Positions 24,986-38,200 of a stretch of 64,000 bases of DNA are shown here, piece after piece. The first letter of the stretch is position 1. The number at the start of each line of letters is the position of its first letter. The translations under genes were made by a program, and so were the position numbers. The stretch is from NCBI RefSeq assembly GCF_030028105.1, contig NC_092396.1, forward strand, positions 14,033,820-14,097,819. Reading direction: 5' to 3'. The notes under the pieces are model-generated. The model searched no databases, was not told the origin of the DNA, and was given only the letters and a program-made list of their open reading frames with translations. Source of the DNA: Mobula birostris (Eukaryota).

Positions 24986-26129
24986 ATTATCCTCTTATGG
25001 ACTCAACTTTTGTTAAATTAGATTTTCTGTGGCAAGTAATTGAAGTTCCCCTGAAAGTCCATTGTATTCCTCCTCATTAATTCTGCTAGTTACAATCTCA
25101 ATATATTTGTCAGATATAATTTCTCTTTCATTAATCCTTGTTAATTCTGCTCAATCCTATCATTTTTTTCTAAATGTCCTCTAACTAGTCATCATATCTT
25201 GTGGATTTCTCAGTTTTCAGTCCCTAATATCTTCACTCCATTGTTCTACTTACATTAATTTCTTTAATTCACCTTTCTTTACAATTTTCAGGATGTTTTC
25301 TGAATCTTGTGTTGTAAAGACAGACAGAAAATATTTGTGTAATTTATCTGGCTTACTTTCCAATTAATGTAATTTCTTCTGTCTCATTCTGTTAGAGATT
25401 CACATTAACTTTTGCCAATCATTTTCTTGTACGACAGCCATTGAAATCTTTTAAAGTCTGTTTTTTATGTTTGTCACTAGCAACAGTAGACCAAAGGCAA
25501 ATGCCAAAAGAAATTGCAGAAACTGGGCATGTCTTATTTACAAGGCAAATGGAGGAACTGGCATCTGTGACACTGTTGCATTATAAGGGTAAATGGCTGA
25601 TCTTGCAAAGGTTCCACAAGTTGCAGTGGATTAGTAATGCAAAGAAGAATTGAATCTCTTTTGTTGATGCAGTTGTAAAGCCAGCTTTGGCAGAGTATCT
25701 AGCTTTACTCATACACTTCCAATTGAGGTTTATTTGGGCTCAGGTGTGTAGCAATGTTTCATTCATCTCAGTCCCTGGAGGCTGATGTGAACAGATGGAA
25801 GGTGGCAGATCAAAGGTGATACGTGCATTTCAGGCAAGTTTGGGCACGTATATTTGGCAAAGATTACATTTTCTCTGGATGTCTATGTGATTTAATAGTC
25901 ACATACTGAGGCCCTCTAGCGTCCCATTGGAAATAATAACTTGCATTGAAACAAGTGGTATGTAGAGTAAATGTGTGCATTGTACATAAGCTTTCACAGA
26001 TGATAATTTACATGAAAAGCATTAACAAATGCTTATGAAATTTCCTGGATAGACTGATATAATTCATTTTTTGCAGATTTTTAGGGCTTTGTTAACTGTA
26101 TCAATTTAATAGCAAACCATCAACCTAAG

Positions 26130-26209
26130 CAGGAAGTCCCAAACTTTTTTATGCCGTGGACCAAAACCACTAAACAAGGGGTCCATGGACCACTGGTTGA
26201 GAAACCCTG
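26130..26209. mobile_element. hAT MITE (same family as 9548-9627)
   Basis: CAGGAAGTCCCAAAC...GGTTGAGAAACCCTG; shared internal TTTTTATGCC motif. Confidence 0.75.
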
Positions 26210-27134
26210 ATCTAAAGCTCTTTGCTGTGACCTTGTAGGTTTGAGCCCAGTTTTGGCCCTGAAGACTTAAATATGGTCAACTTCCCAGTGCATTGGTGAC
26301 ATAACGCAGCATTTTCAGAGTAAATACCCCCTTGGATATAATATTAAACTTCATCTGATGTAAAGATTCCATGCCATTATTTAAAGAAGAGCAAGTAAAT
26401 CTTCCAGGGGCGTAATAAACACTTTCTTTAAACCAAAATCATTTTAAAGTTAGCAAAGGTAATTATTTATCTCAGTGTTATTTGTAGGATTCTGCTGACT
26501 GGATGTTAACAATTATTGCCTTCCATCTTATGATATAATGATGCTTCCAAAATATGTTATGGTGCTTTCTAAATGCAGGTCTTTCTTTCTGTTCAAATCA
26601 ATGAAGCACTTAAACACAAATGACACTTGTAGTCCAGCTTCCTGATTCTCCTTCCCTTTGGAAAAACTATCTTTGTCACCTTTGTATCTCTACAGTGGTC
26701 CATGTGGAGAAATGTAGGTTTTCACCTACAACTTAACATTTGGCAGCACCGGCTTCACGATCATCAAATTCCCTCTAATATATTGCAACACCTTTCAGTT
26801 TAATTCCTGCAATTCTTGGAGGTTTCACTTCATGATAGCTACTTTTCTATCCGTATACAAAATGATCCTACAATGGAGTATTTCCAAAAAAGGTCACTTG
26901 CAGAAACCACATGTAAAGAAGAGCTACAAATTAGCAGAGATGACTGTTTAACTCATACTTCCTGAGTGAGATTTAGCTTCTGTTGAAAAACAGTAGGTAT
27001 CTTTTTTAATGTAGGCATGATTTTGGAGTAGATTCATCCAATTACCTGGGTCAGTGATGGTATTTTCCTTCCATATTAGTGCTAAGGAATTTTGTAGTTT
27101 CTGCACTGATTAAAATGAGAGATCTAATTCCTCA

Positions 27135-27311
27135 AACACGAGGAAATCTGCAGATTCTGGAATTTCAAGCAACACACATAAAAGTTGCTGGTGAATGCAA
27201 CAGGCCAGGCAGCATCTCTAGGAAGAGGTCAGTTCTAAAGAAGGGTCGCAGCCTGAATCGTCGACTGTACCTCTTCCTCAAGGTGCTGCCTGGCCTGCTG
27301 TGTTCACCACT
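27135..27311. mobile_element. Penelope-derived fold-back (inverted pLTR pair) with TSD
   Basis: Inverted arms around a degenerate HHR; 13 bp TSD ATCTAATTCCTCA (27122-27134 / 27312-27324). Confidence 0.85.
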
Positions 27312-28787
27312 ATCTAATTCCTCATAATTTATCTTAGTGTCTGTTGATTTGATCAGCTACTATTTATAGACTTCCATTAAGGCCTAACCACATTCCTTTG
27401 CTTCAATCTATTTGTTCTTCCTGAGGGCACTGATCCACGTTGTAGTGCAGTTCTGACAGTACAGATTGCTTTGTGCACTCAATTAATTGACAAGGCCGCT
27501 TTAGTTGGCCTGTATTAATTGATTAGCTGTGACAGGACAGTCATCATACTCATACCCAATTCCGCATTCCCTATTATCCAGACAAATACACTTTCATTAA
27601 GGTTGTTGGGTTGAGATAAGGAGTTAGAGTCCCTGACATGGAGACAAACTAATAGATGATTACTACCACCCCAACTGAGCTCACTAAGAATCAGACCTGT
27701 AGTGTGCGGGACAAAAAACAGTGCTTGCTTCTGAGTGCAAACTAACAATTGAGGAAAAAATCCTTAATGTGGTTAACAGATGAGCTCTTTGTTTTCATAT
27801 GTTTCAGTGATTAAATCATTTTAATTTGTGTATGCTAAAGGAAGAGTGGCGAATACAGCTTTGGTCTTGATGTGCCGTGGATACATTCATCAACTGCATT
27901 TAACACATGTTAAGCTTTAGTTAGTCAGCTGAAAATAATTCAGTATGTTTGCATTATAATTAAATCATTAAGGACAATTGATTTACTTAACATTACCTTT
28001 GTTGAATATGTGGTACTACTGTATACAAGAACATGAGAGTACCAGCAAAGGATAGGAAAATTTGGGATGAAGATATTCTGTTTACGAACCTCCTTGTCAA
28101 TTTGAGCCTATGCATAGCCGAAGTGAGCTACTCAAATGCTTTTTGTTGGCACTGGGACTACCAGGGGGACCTACCAGTAAGAGTATTAGAGAAGGTTGAC
28201 CTTATCACATTGGTATTTGAAGCTCTGTTACCTGCTTTTTTCTGCCAGCTGAGTTAAGCTTAATATGTCAGCAGTTTAATGCACCTCTTGCTATTAGTAC
28301 ATTGATATGTGCCTAATATGAGTACATACCTTATTAAGGCTTTCTGAATTGATATGTGTCATGTTGACATGAATATTATTGTGCCTGTACTGGTGTATAT
28401 GGGAGAACAGTGATTTAGGTTGTTCTCCCACAGTTTCAATCAAACTGTTAATTTCTAAAATGTTAGATTTAAAGGACTTGAAAGATTAGTCAACAATATA
28501 GGAATCGATTGATCCATTAAACAAAGTAAGAGAAACAAAGACTACAGAATTTAACATAAAACTGAACAATTATATGGAGGGATTTTGAATCTTGAACTGA
28601 GTGTAGTATGAATTGTTGCACCAACAATATTTTTTAAACAATTATTAAGCTTCATTTAGGTAGCTGAATACAAATGCAATCAAAATTAATCAAAAACAGT
28701 TCTAGCAATTTATGATTGTGTTTATAAATGTATGTTTCTTTCGGTTGCAGGGTTCTTTACCCATCACTGGACCATCCTATATCCAAG

Positions 28788-28846
28788 ATGGCTCAGTCTT
28801 CCCCAGCAGATGAAGGTCCTACATTTGAACACCTCTGGAGTAGTTT
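28788..28846 (+). CDS. TP73: TAp73 exon 2, coding part (exon 28751-28846); transactivation domain MAQSSPADEGPTFEHLWSS(L)
   Basis: Matches vertebrate p73 N-terminus MAQS...TFEHLWSSL with the FxxLW motif; acceptor TTGCAG|G at 28750/28751; donor TT|GTAAGT at 28847; phase 2. Confidence 0.97.
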
Positions 28847-30979
28847 GTAAGTGTGCAATTGTTTTGTTTTTGTAATTATAAGATAGAATCAAAAACAGTA
28901 AAGCAGTGGTCCTTCTACACAATATTCATACTTATCTGCTGCAAAATCTTAGCCATCCTTGAAGATGCTTTTGATGGAAAGCATATTTAAGGACTTTAAA
29001 GAGGAAAAGAAAATTGAAAATGAACAGTGATTTGCAAGGATGGAGAGTCAAGAGTTGGTTTCTTCTGGAGAGGTGCACTGAGGACAGATTGAAAGGAAAA
29101 GGGTGCATACCTGGAGGGTAAAAACAGTTCAGAATTTACAAGTGGAACAAGAAAGGTTTGTTGGATGGTTAGCAGTTTGGTGAGGCTATGGTCAAGGGAG
29201 CAGGCATTGACCCTTATAGACAAGATGAACTCAGGGAGGCCTGTGTCCCAACAACACAATGGAAGCACCTTCCCCAGAAGGAGTGCAGCAGTTCAGGAAG
29301 GCAAATCACCATCACAATATCAATGATCATAATGCTGGTGATGGCCAGATTCTGACATTCAGCATGTGTATGAGAAACTAAGGAAGAAGAGGTAACTGAG
29401 GCAAGGAAACAACAGAGGCAGATGATCTCAGACTTAGTGACAGTAAGATAAATGAGCTCTTTGTACTAGTTGGGATAATGAGCTAGTGGGAGCTAGGGAG
29501 ATAAGAAAGTGGTTTGTGCTTGATAAAAGAACTAAGATTTAGGGATTATTTTGGAATGGTGAGCAGTTTGTGCAGGTAACATTAACTCTTTATGTTGTCT
29601 AGCTTGATCAAGCACTGAAAGCAGATGACCTGTTCAACCTATCTACCGAAGTTTACGTTGTTTGGAGTTAATAGAACAGGGTCAACGTTCTAGGTTCTGA
29701 TCAGTAATAGTTTTAATGTAAACTCAGCCATCAAAGGTGGAGGTGAGGATGTGGTGGTTGAGCAGATTTATGATTGAATATATTGTCTTGATGAATAAAG
29801 GACCAAAGGTCTAGCAGCGGAGGCTTAGAATTCCTGTTTGAAGTTTGCTTTCTACTGGTGGCTCAGTTGAGGTAGAGTTGTGAGACGGGAGACCAATATG
29901 GGTAGAGGTCAACTTAGGACTTTATTGTGATGAGACATTAGGAACAGTGAGAACAGATGGGGTTACAAAGTTGATAGAGGTGACCATAAATCTGGTAATT
30001 CTGGTGAGAAGGTGATGCGCTCAGACGCAGTGCCTCTCTGGGTCCAGCCAAAGGTATAATTGTTCGTCCTTTACGTCCTTTTCACGATCACAAGACACTG
30101 CTGGTTATCAAGGACGTTAAGTACTACAGGTCTATCCCACTAGCTGGATAGGGATGGAGCTAGAATTGTTGCGCACCAAATTCCCTGCTTTACCTAGGGA
30201 GGAAGGTATCAGCGGCACGTGGAAGCAGTGCAAGTCCAGTGGATCGGGATGGTTAACTTGGACGTTTTTGTTGTGATTGCAAGACCCTGTTAGACATGGG
30301 TAATGTAGAATACTGTGAGTCCGATTCACTGGTTTATTGGTGAAACCGATGGTGGGGGCACTGTGTGGCCTCGGTTGTGGCACAGACTAGGCCTCATCTA
30401 TGCTTTGGGATTGCCTGTTACGGCCACTGAGGAAGGAGGCATCAGAGCTAGCTGTGTGTCACTGGATTCTGTGCTGTGTGTCACTGGATTCCATGCTGTG
30501 TGTGACTGTGGTTCTATGTTTTGCACCTTGGCCCCAGAGGAACACTGTTTCATCTGGCTGTATTTGTGTGTATGGTTGAATGACAATTGAACTTGAACTT
30601 GAAATGTGAATTGGGTACCTACATGAAGAGAGAATTTGAGAATTGATTCAGTAACTTACTGTGGAAAAAATAAAGAAACCATGATTGGGGGATAGGCAGC
30701 TTTAGTTTAAAATAGCAGTAAAAATGAAAACTGTATCAGAGTTAGGGGAACAAATAGGGTGAGAGAGATATTAGAGGAGAAAGAGCGAAGGAAAGTGGCT
30801 ACTCGCCAAGGAGAGTGATTTACAATAAACAACCCCACAAGATGCTCACTACCTAGGCCCCATCTTCTTTAGTCAACTAGCTCCTTTCTGCTGGTTAGGA
30901 ATTGGTGATAATGTGTCTCAATAGTAATGGAACAAAATGAGACCTTTCACATGTCCATTATCTCTCCCTAATTCTACTA

Positions 30980-31165
30980 TCCAACGATAACATATAGTAG
31001 CAAATTAACCTACCAACACATTTTGGGATGTGTGAAGGTGGAGCACCCAGAGGAAACCAATGCAGTTATGAGTAAACATGAAAATTCCACAAAAACAGCA
31101 ACAGGGGTTAGGTCTGAACCCTGGTTACTGGAACTGTGAGAGTACCAACTCTTCCCACTGTGCCA
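30980..31165 (-). mobile_element. V-SINE (HE1-like), decayed
   Basis: GGAGCACCCAGAGGAAACC V-domain; CTGAACCC B box. Confidence 0.65.
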
Positions 31166-31642
31166 TTCCTATTGTAATGTGTCATGAATTATTGTGTCTC
31201 CAAATTTTAGTCTGATTCAGGAAAATTAGTCTGATTCAAGAATCTTGATTCTGAATCAGGAAACCAAAGTTTGTCTCCTTTTTTGTCAAGGGAATTGTCC
31301 TTATTCACTTACTGTTTCAGAGGGATAAAATGGAGTTGCATTTCTGCTAAAAGTGATCCTAATTTTAAATGGGAATAGGAAATAAAATGTACTGACTAGA
31401 AAGTTGCCTTTTGCATGTTATGACATAATAGAATAAATTATGTGTAACATTTACTTAAAAAATCATCTGGTACAATTTAGCACCTTCAATTTTCTTTACA
31501 GTATAACTATCCATAGAAGGCCAGGCTCTTATACAAACACCAAAATCTTTATTAATATTACTATATCCCCCACAAGAATTTTGTTCATAATTCGGCACCA
31601 ACTAATGAAATGGAAATGTCCTCTGCCTAATATCAGTGACTG

Positions 31643-31745
31643 GAGCAACACACATCAAAGTTGCTGGTGAACGCAGCAGGCCAGGCAGCATCTCTAGGAA
31701 GAGGTACAGTCGATGTTTCAGGCCGAGACCCTTCGTCAGGACTGA
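31643..31745 (-). mobile_element. Penelope-like pLTR with a near-intact hammerhead motif on the antisense strand
   Basis: Reverse complement reads CAGTC-CTGACGA-A-GGGT-CTCG-GCCT-GAAA-CA-TC-GACTG. Confidence 0.85.
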
Positions 31746-32145
31746 AACAAACCGCATTAAAATATGAATAGAAATTTCAGGCATGGAAACTGCTAATTGT
31801 AGAAAATCAGAACTGCCATTAAAGTGAAGTGGTAGGATTCTGAGATTGAGAATGAGAAGCATTGTGCATTCCAATAAAGGAAATGTTGATTTCTTGTCCC
31901 ATATCTGACCTGTGAGTTATTGATGCCAATGTCAAATGACTGAAACTAAAGAAATTGGATTTCCAAGCATTCAGAAAAATGGCATGGAAAAGTTTTGTTC
32001 TGCAAAAATCTCTTACATCCTTACAATTAAAACAGCTCTTTACATGCTTCTCACCAAATAATGAAGAAATAGAGTTGGCATATCTGAAATTGTGATTGAT
32101 TCCATTGAAATGCATTTGGTGAGCTATGGAAATTATTTGTTTCAG

Positions 32146-32284
32146 AGAACCAGACAGTACATACTTTGATATCCCACAAACCAACCTCTCCAGCAGCAAT
32201 GAGGCTGTGCCAAACTTGTCACAAAATCGAACTGAAGTTTGCATGGATGTGTTTCAGATGAGGGACATGAATGAATCTGTGATG
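32146..32284 (+). CDS. TP73: TAp73 exon 3: (L)EPDSTYFDIPQTNLSSSNEAVPNLSQNRTEVCMDVFQMRDMNESVM
   Basis: Matches p73 EPDSTYFDLPQ...MDVF...SVM; acceptor TTTCAG|A completes the TT|A Leu codon; donor ATG|GTGAGT at 32285; phase 2 to phase 0. Confidence 0.97.
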
Positions 32285-32578
32285 GTGAGTTTAATTAAGC
32301 TATCTCATTTTACTTCATTTTGTGTGGATTAGTAATGGAATAATGATCAAGAAATTTTGTATTGTGGAGTGTAACTGTCATAATTTTGGATTATAGTATG
32401 CCAGCTGGCTGATACTGGAAATCAAACCCTTTCCTCTGTTGTAAAAAAAGAGATATTCATTGTTTGGCATTTACAATGTTGTGATGAATCTCAAGAAGAA
32501 TAAGCAATATTATTTTGGATAAATGAATTGATAATTCATAAATTGGTTTGAAATATCTAAAATATGGATGATGTAAAG

Positions 32579-32655
32579 CTGAGGTTCCCAACCTGGGGTT
32601 CGCGGACCCCTTAATGGTGTTGGTCCATGGCATAAAAAAGGGTTGAGAACCACTG
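32579..32655. mobile_element. hAT MITE
   Basis: CTGAGGTTCCCAACC...GGTTGAGAACCACTG; degenerate 8 bp TSD ATGTAAAG/GTGTAGAG. Confidence 0.75.
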
Positions 32656-33604
32656 GTGTAGAGGAACAAGCTACACAAATTCCACAACTTTAGCCCAACA
32701 ACCTCTGTCTTTTTGTACACAACAACTATGCTGATTAACTATCAATTTTGCTCCTGATTATGAAACCTACTCTTTAACATTTTTTGGACAACAATTGCAG
32801 CCTTTCTCATGACTACCGGTCCTATCCCACAGCCACCACAACACCTCTTCCCCTTCATGATAATGCCTTCAATCCCTTACCATCAATCTTTCTACTGACT
32901 ACCAGATCTAACACCCCCTCTCCCACCTGCCAACTGACCATCAGTCATTTTGTACAACATTATAAAGTATGATAAATTCTGGTGAAACTCTAGCTTGCAG
33001 GGCTTTTATTTATTTTATCAAAGTATACATCTTTATATTTCCCACAACTTCTTGAATGTAGAGAAAAGTGCGGGTGTAAGTGATCAAATCTTGAACTGAT
33101 CTAAAGATGTGGCACCATCTCCTAGATCCATTTTCTAAAGCTGTGCAATATCTACATGTATTTCACAAAAGAAAAAGGTTGTCTGCTGTCATCTATTTTG
33201 TTCAACTTTTACCAAGAATGCTTCAAATGATATTCTCAAAGATCATCTTGCAGTACATACAGCATCTGAAGTTTTAAAGAACAGTGGAAATACTTTTTTG
33301 CCAGATGATATTTTGTCGTAGGTGAAGTTTATGAGCATTTTTTGGTTGTACACTCCATCAGATGATTGAATAACAGGCCAGATGTTAGGCTGGCTCGTGA
33401 GACTTAGTAGAAGTTGCTGCAAGTTATTATGGCATTGCAAAGAGAATGGAATCTCAGGGATACACACAGGAAGGTACCAGAGACTATCTGTCCTGTTTGT
33501 TAATATCAGTATGAGAGATTTTGATCGATGCTATCTTTGGCCTCTATACAACCAGGAAGTTGTAAAGGATTCTTTGGATTTCACTATTTTTCTTCAATAC
33601 CATT

Positions 33605-33985
33605 AGACCCTCAATGCAGATAAGGTAAGAAAAATAACAATGTAGAATAAAGTGTAAAGAACATCATGGATGAAACGAATATCTGAAGAGGATGTCACGA
33701 ACAGAGCAAACACAAAAAGAGAAATCATGTATGAGATCATGAAAAGGCAATGTAACTTCTTTGGACATATGATTAGGAAAGAGGAGTTAGAATTTACAGT
33801 AATTATGGGAAGGATTGAAGGGAAGAAAGCAAGAGGAAGACAAAGACAAATGATGCTGGAGACAGCAGCCAAAGAACTAGAAATGAATACCAATGAATTG
33901 ATCCACTTGACCCAAAACAGGAGTGTGTGGGCCATGGCAGTCAAAGCTCAAACTGGGCACGGCACCTGATGATGATGATGATGAT
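33605..33985 (+). mobile_element. RTE-clade LINE 3' end with (GAT)n tail
   Basis: FFGHMIRKEELE...MGRIEGKKARGRQR; tail TGATGATGATGATGAT. Confidence 0.85.
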
Positions 33986-34945
33986 AATTGTTGCCTTTTT
34001 GAAGCTAGTGGGAACTTCTGCCCTTAGCAGTGAGAGGTTGAAAATGTCCTTGAATACTCCTGCTAGATGGTTGACACAGGTTTTCAGAGCCTTACTAGGT
34101 ACTCCATTGGTACCTTCCGCCTTGCGAGGGTTCACTCTCTTTAAAGACAGTCTAACATTGGCCTCTGAGACGGGGATCACAGGGTCATCAGGTGCAGCAG
34201 AGATCTTCACAGCTGTACTTGTGTTCTCCCTTTCAAAATGTGCATAGAAGGAGTAATGCCTTGCAGACCCTGACAGAGTTGCCATGCATCCAATGTTGCC
34301 TCCAACCTCGTTCAAAATTGTCTCTTCACCCTTGAAATAGCCCTGCGCAGATCATACCTGGATTTCTGGTACAGGCCTGGGTTGCCAGACTTGAATGCCA
34401 CAGATCTAGCCTCCAGCAGACGATGTACCTCCTGGTTCATCCACAGCTTTTGGTTTGGGAATGTACAGTAAGTCTTTGTGGGCACACACTCATCCACACA
34501 GGTTTTAATGAAGTTAGTAACAACTGCAGCATACTCATCCAGGTTCGAAGATGAGTCCCTGAACATAGTCCAGTCTACCGATTCAGAGAAGTCTTGTATG
34601 TGCTCTTGTGCTTCCCTTGTCCATACCATCTTAGTCCTCACTGCCGGTGCTGCAGTCTTCAGTCTCTGCCCATACTCAGGGAGTAGGAGTACAGCCAGGT
34701 AATCAGATTTCCCGAAGTGAGAGCGTGGAATAGCACAGTAGGCATTCTTGATGGTGGTGTAGCAATGGTCCAGAGTGTTGTTTCCTCTGGTACTGCAAGT
34801 GATCTGTTGATGGTAGTTGCTTAGTGATTTTTTTCAGACTGGCCTGGTTAAAATCTCCCAAAATGATGGTGAAGGCATTAGGATGCGCTGTTTAGTGCAT
34901 GTTGATCCCATTACTCAGATCATCTAAAGCCTGCTTGACATTGGA
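33986..34945 (-). mobile_element. Rex1-like LINE internal fragment (endonuclease-RT linker)
   Basis: ESVDWTMFRDSS...FIKTCVDECVP...FPNQKLW; LKRVNPRKAEG.NGVP...LAGVFKDIFNLSL...VPTSFKKATI. Confidence 0.9.
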
Positions 34946-35999
34946 GTTCTAGTCATTAATCTGTCACTGACCAAATCCTGCAGTTGCATGCCATGTAATT
35001 TATGTAGTTACTTTGGTAGCAGAACTGATATTCTGTGCATTACAGGATTTGAAGAGCTCTCTGTAATTTGAAATGATTTTCTTTCTGTCATATTTTCTCA
35101 GAGGTATTTGTAGCTAGCTATATGTGAAACTGTAGAAGATACAAATGTTACATCATCCTGATTAGTATTTTATACACTTTTATAAAGCCTCCATTGTCAT
35201 AACAATTTTCATCAATGAAAAGCTGGAAGTAACATTCTGGGGATTTTTCCTGAAATTTTTAGTGATTGATCAGTGGGCTTTTTGTCAACCTTTGAAGAAA
35301 TCTTTGTCAGTGGTGCCTTTTTATATTGCATTATGCATTACTGAACAGTAATATCGCTTGAGAAGCATATAATGAAAATCATTCATTTGTTTTAATTAAA
35401 CTCTGATTCCCTCCTAAATGGGAATTTTTCCCTCCTCGATTCCTTGTTCCCACCAAAAGCTCATTTAATGGAGGGAATCTGTGTGTGCCAATAGTCTTGA
35501 CCTAGGGGAAAGTAGAATGACGAACACAACAGAAGCAAAGCATCTTTTGATTCACTAATTATGTACCAAGCCAAGCCTGACAGCTTAGAGATCAGTTACA
35601 CCATATGCGGCAGAAACTAAGGCAGCTGAATACTGAATGGGCTCTTAATGTTTAATGAAGAGGTTAAACTGCTTTTGGATGGTGCCGCAGGACAAACAAT
35701 GCTTTAAAAGTACTGTCTATAAAATGCAGAATACTTTGTTCTTAAGACTTAATTTGATTTTGCTTTTTGCTTTGAATGAAAACATTTAATCCAACAGGAA
35801 AGACTCTACAACTGGCACTGAGCAGCCCTTGGCCAGGCGAGACAAATTCAGTTACAACATTAATCTTTTCTACTTGAAATATATTGTCTGTCTGTTATTT
35901 AAAATTTGATATCAATGTATATCTCATAGTCTACAAAGATAGATGACATAAGAACATAGCAGAAACAGGATTAAGTCTTTAGGGCCCTCATGACTGCTC

Positions 36000-38200
36000 G
36001 GCAATTCAATAAAATGTGTTGATGATTGCTGTTTCCCCCAATACGCAACGGTATTATTTGATGTAGTGAGCTATTCCATTCATACTAAGCCATTCCATTC
36101 ATACTCTTAAAAATAAATGCTTGTGTCCCTTTATTGCAATAGCCCTATATCCCCTTATTCCATTAAAATTTAAAAATCTATCAAACTATCGATCCCACGT
36201 CTTTGTTGTATCCCTCTATCAAGAGTATATCATTTTTAGATAGAGAGACTAGTGCTGCACACAATATTCCAGAATACAGTCTCACGAGAGTCTTATATAA
36301 TTAGAGCAAGACATCGCTAATCTTATACTCAAATCCTCTTACAACCTTCGTAACTGCTTGATGCATCTGCTCATAACTTGGAATGATATTTGTGTAAGGC
36401 ATTCATGTCTTTTTGAATGTTCCTTTCACTAATCTTTTAAATACCATGCCTTTTAATTCTTTTTCTATTGAAGTGCATGGCCTCATATTTTTCCACATTA
36501 TATTCTATCAACCATATGCTCTGTAATCCATTTACCCTACCTAAATGCTCATGAAGTTTCTCTGCATTTTCCTCATTGCCTATACTGCCAGTCAGCTTTG
36601 TATCTTCACCAAAGTTGATCATGTTCAATTACAATTTGATCACTTCATCCAAATTCTCCAGTAGCAAACCCATGGCACCCATTTGTCCCAGCTTGCTGAA
36701 AAAAAATAACATATTTATTCCATATGTGCTTACCCTGAAGAAGTTTAAATCTACTCCGACTGCAGTTCTGTGAGACTCACTCACTGCTCCCCTGCTGTGA
36801 TCTCTGCTGACTTCCAAATCTTCATGTGCTTACACAGACTCGCTACCATAGCCACATCACCTATCACCATCAAGCTTTTCCTCCTTCCCCTTTCCCCACG
36901 ATCTTCTTCTGGCATCTTCCCCCTTCCTTTGCAGCCCTGATGAAGAGTCTGTACCTGAACTGTCGATTGTTGATTGATTTCCGTAGATGCTGCCTGACCT
37001 GTTGTCTTACTCCAGCATTTTGTATGTGTTACTCTGGATTTCTGCATCTGCAGAATCCCTTGTGTTTATATTTATTCTTTCTTTATTTTTTGTCTAATAA
37101 CCAGTTTTCATTCTACTCTACTGTATTAACCCCCTTCAAGTGGATCGCCTCATACTTTTCCACATTTTTATATTTTATCAGCATACATTTCCACATTTTT
37201 ATATTCTATCAGCCATATGCTTAGTATATGGCGATAGAATATAATGTAAAAATTTAGCTTAGCAACCTCTTATATAGCATTTAATTCAAGACTGCCTGAA
37301 AATCCAAATACAACATATTCATTGTTTTCCCCTTATTTACTGTGCATATTATAACCTCAAACAAACTCAACAATTCTGTTATTTTTGCTTTAGTAAATTA
37401 ATGTTGAGTGTGCCCAATCCCAGTAGGAATTTTGACACTTCCAGCAACAAACTGGTGTGTAGTACCCAGCGTTTGCCTTTCTTAAATGGTTGAATTAGAT
37501 TTGCCTCCTTCATATCTATTGAAACTATTACAACATTTTGGAAATGCACAGCTACTGCAGTTACCCTCTCTGAAGTCAGCACCCTTAAAATCCTAGGATG
37601 CAGATCATCCGGGCTTGTAGATTCATTGCCTTTCAGTCCTAATAATTTTTCCAATACTCATTTTTATTTAAACTTATACCAATTTCTTTGAGCTCCTCGT
37701 TAACTTAGGCCTTTAATACTCCGGTTGCCACAAGTGATTTTCTGTGAATAGAGACGCAGAAGAGGTTAATTTATCTGGAGTTGACTTAGTCTGTAAGAGA
37801 CCTACAATAACAGATTAATCTTTTATCTGTATAGTTCATAGAATTTTTTACAGACTTTTTTTTTGTTTTAAGGATTTTTTTAAGCTTTAAGTTATTTTTC
37901 TTTCCATCTTCATCGATACTTTGGCCCTCCTTTGCTGAATTCTGATAACAAGCATAGTCCTTAAATCTGCTGTTTGTTGGTAACTTTATAAGGCTTTTTC
38001 TTTGATTTAATGATATCTTTATCGTCTTGATAAGTAGGGCTGGACTATGTTTCCTGCTTTCTTTTTCCTTATATATTACATGCAAGCTATATATTAATTC
38101 TTTAAATATATATTTTCCAATTTACAATAGTCAAGTCATGCATAATGCCTTCATTGTTTGCTTTATTTAGAGTTAAGACTTGGCCAGCACATCCTATTGT
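36000..38200 (-). mobile_element. Old CR1 LINE, highly decayed, interrupted by a pLTR at 36845-37067
   Basis: NFGEDTKL...W.IEYNVEKYEAMHF; LLGLKGNESTSPDDLHPRIL. Confidence 0.75.
36845..37067 (+). mobile_element. Penelope-like pLTR with degenerate HHR
   Basis: CCCTGATGAAGAGTCTGTACCTGAACTGTCGATTG followed by GATGCTGCCTGACCTG...CATCTGCAGA. Confidence 0.8.

Noticed and set aside
30452-30506. ~22 bp tandem repeat (CTGTGTGTCACTGGATTC...) that might suggest a repeat-spacer array
   Set aside because: About 2.5 adjacent copies with no unique spacers, inside a LINE-like 3' UTR in a vertebrate genome; ordinary slippage, not CRISPR
31205-31260. TTAGTCTGATTCA duplication with a short hairpin
   Set aside because: Short local duplication/inversion; nothing supports function
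32126-32332. ORF-track 68 aa ORF as a standalone gene
   Set aside because: Only 32146-32284 is exonic; the flanks are intron read-through beyond canonical splice sites
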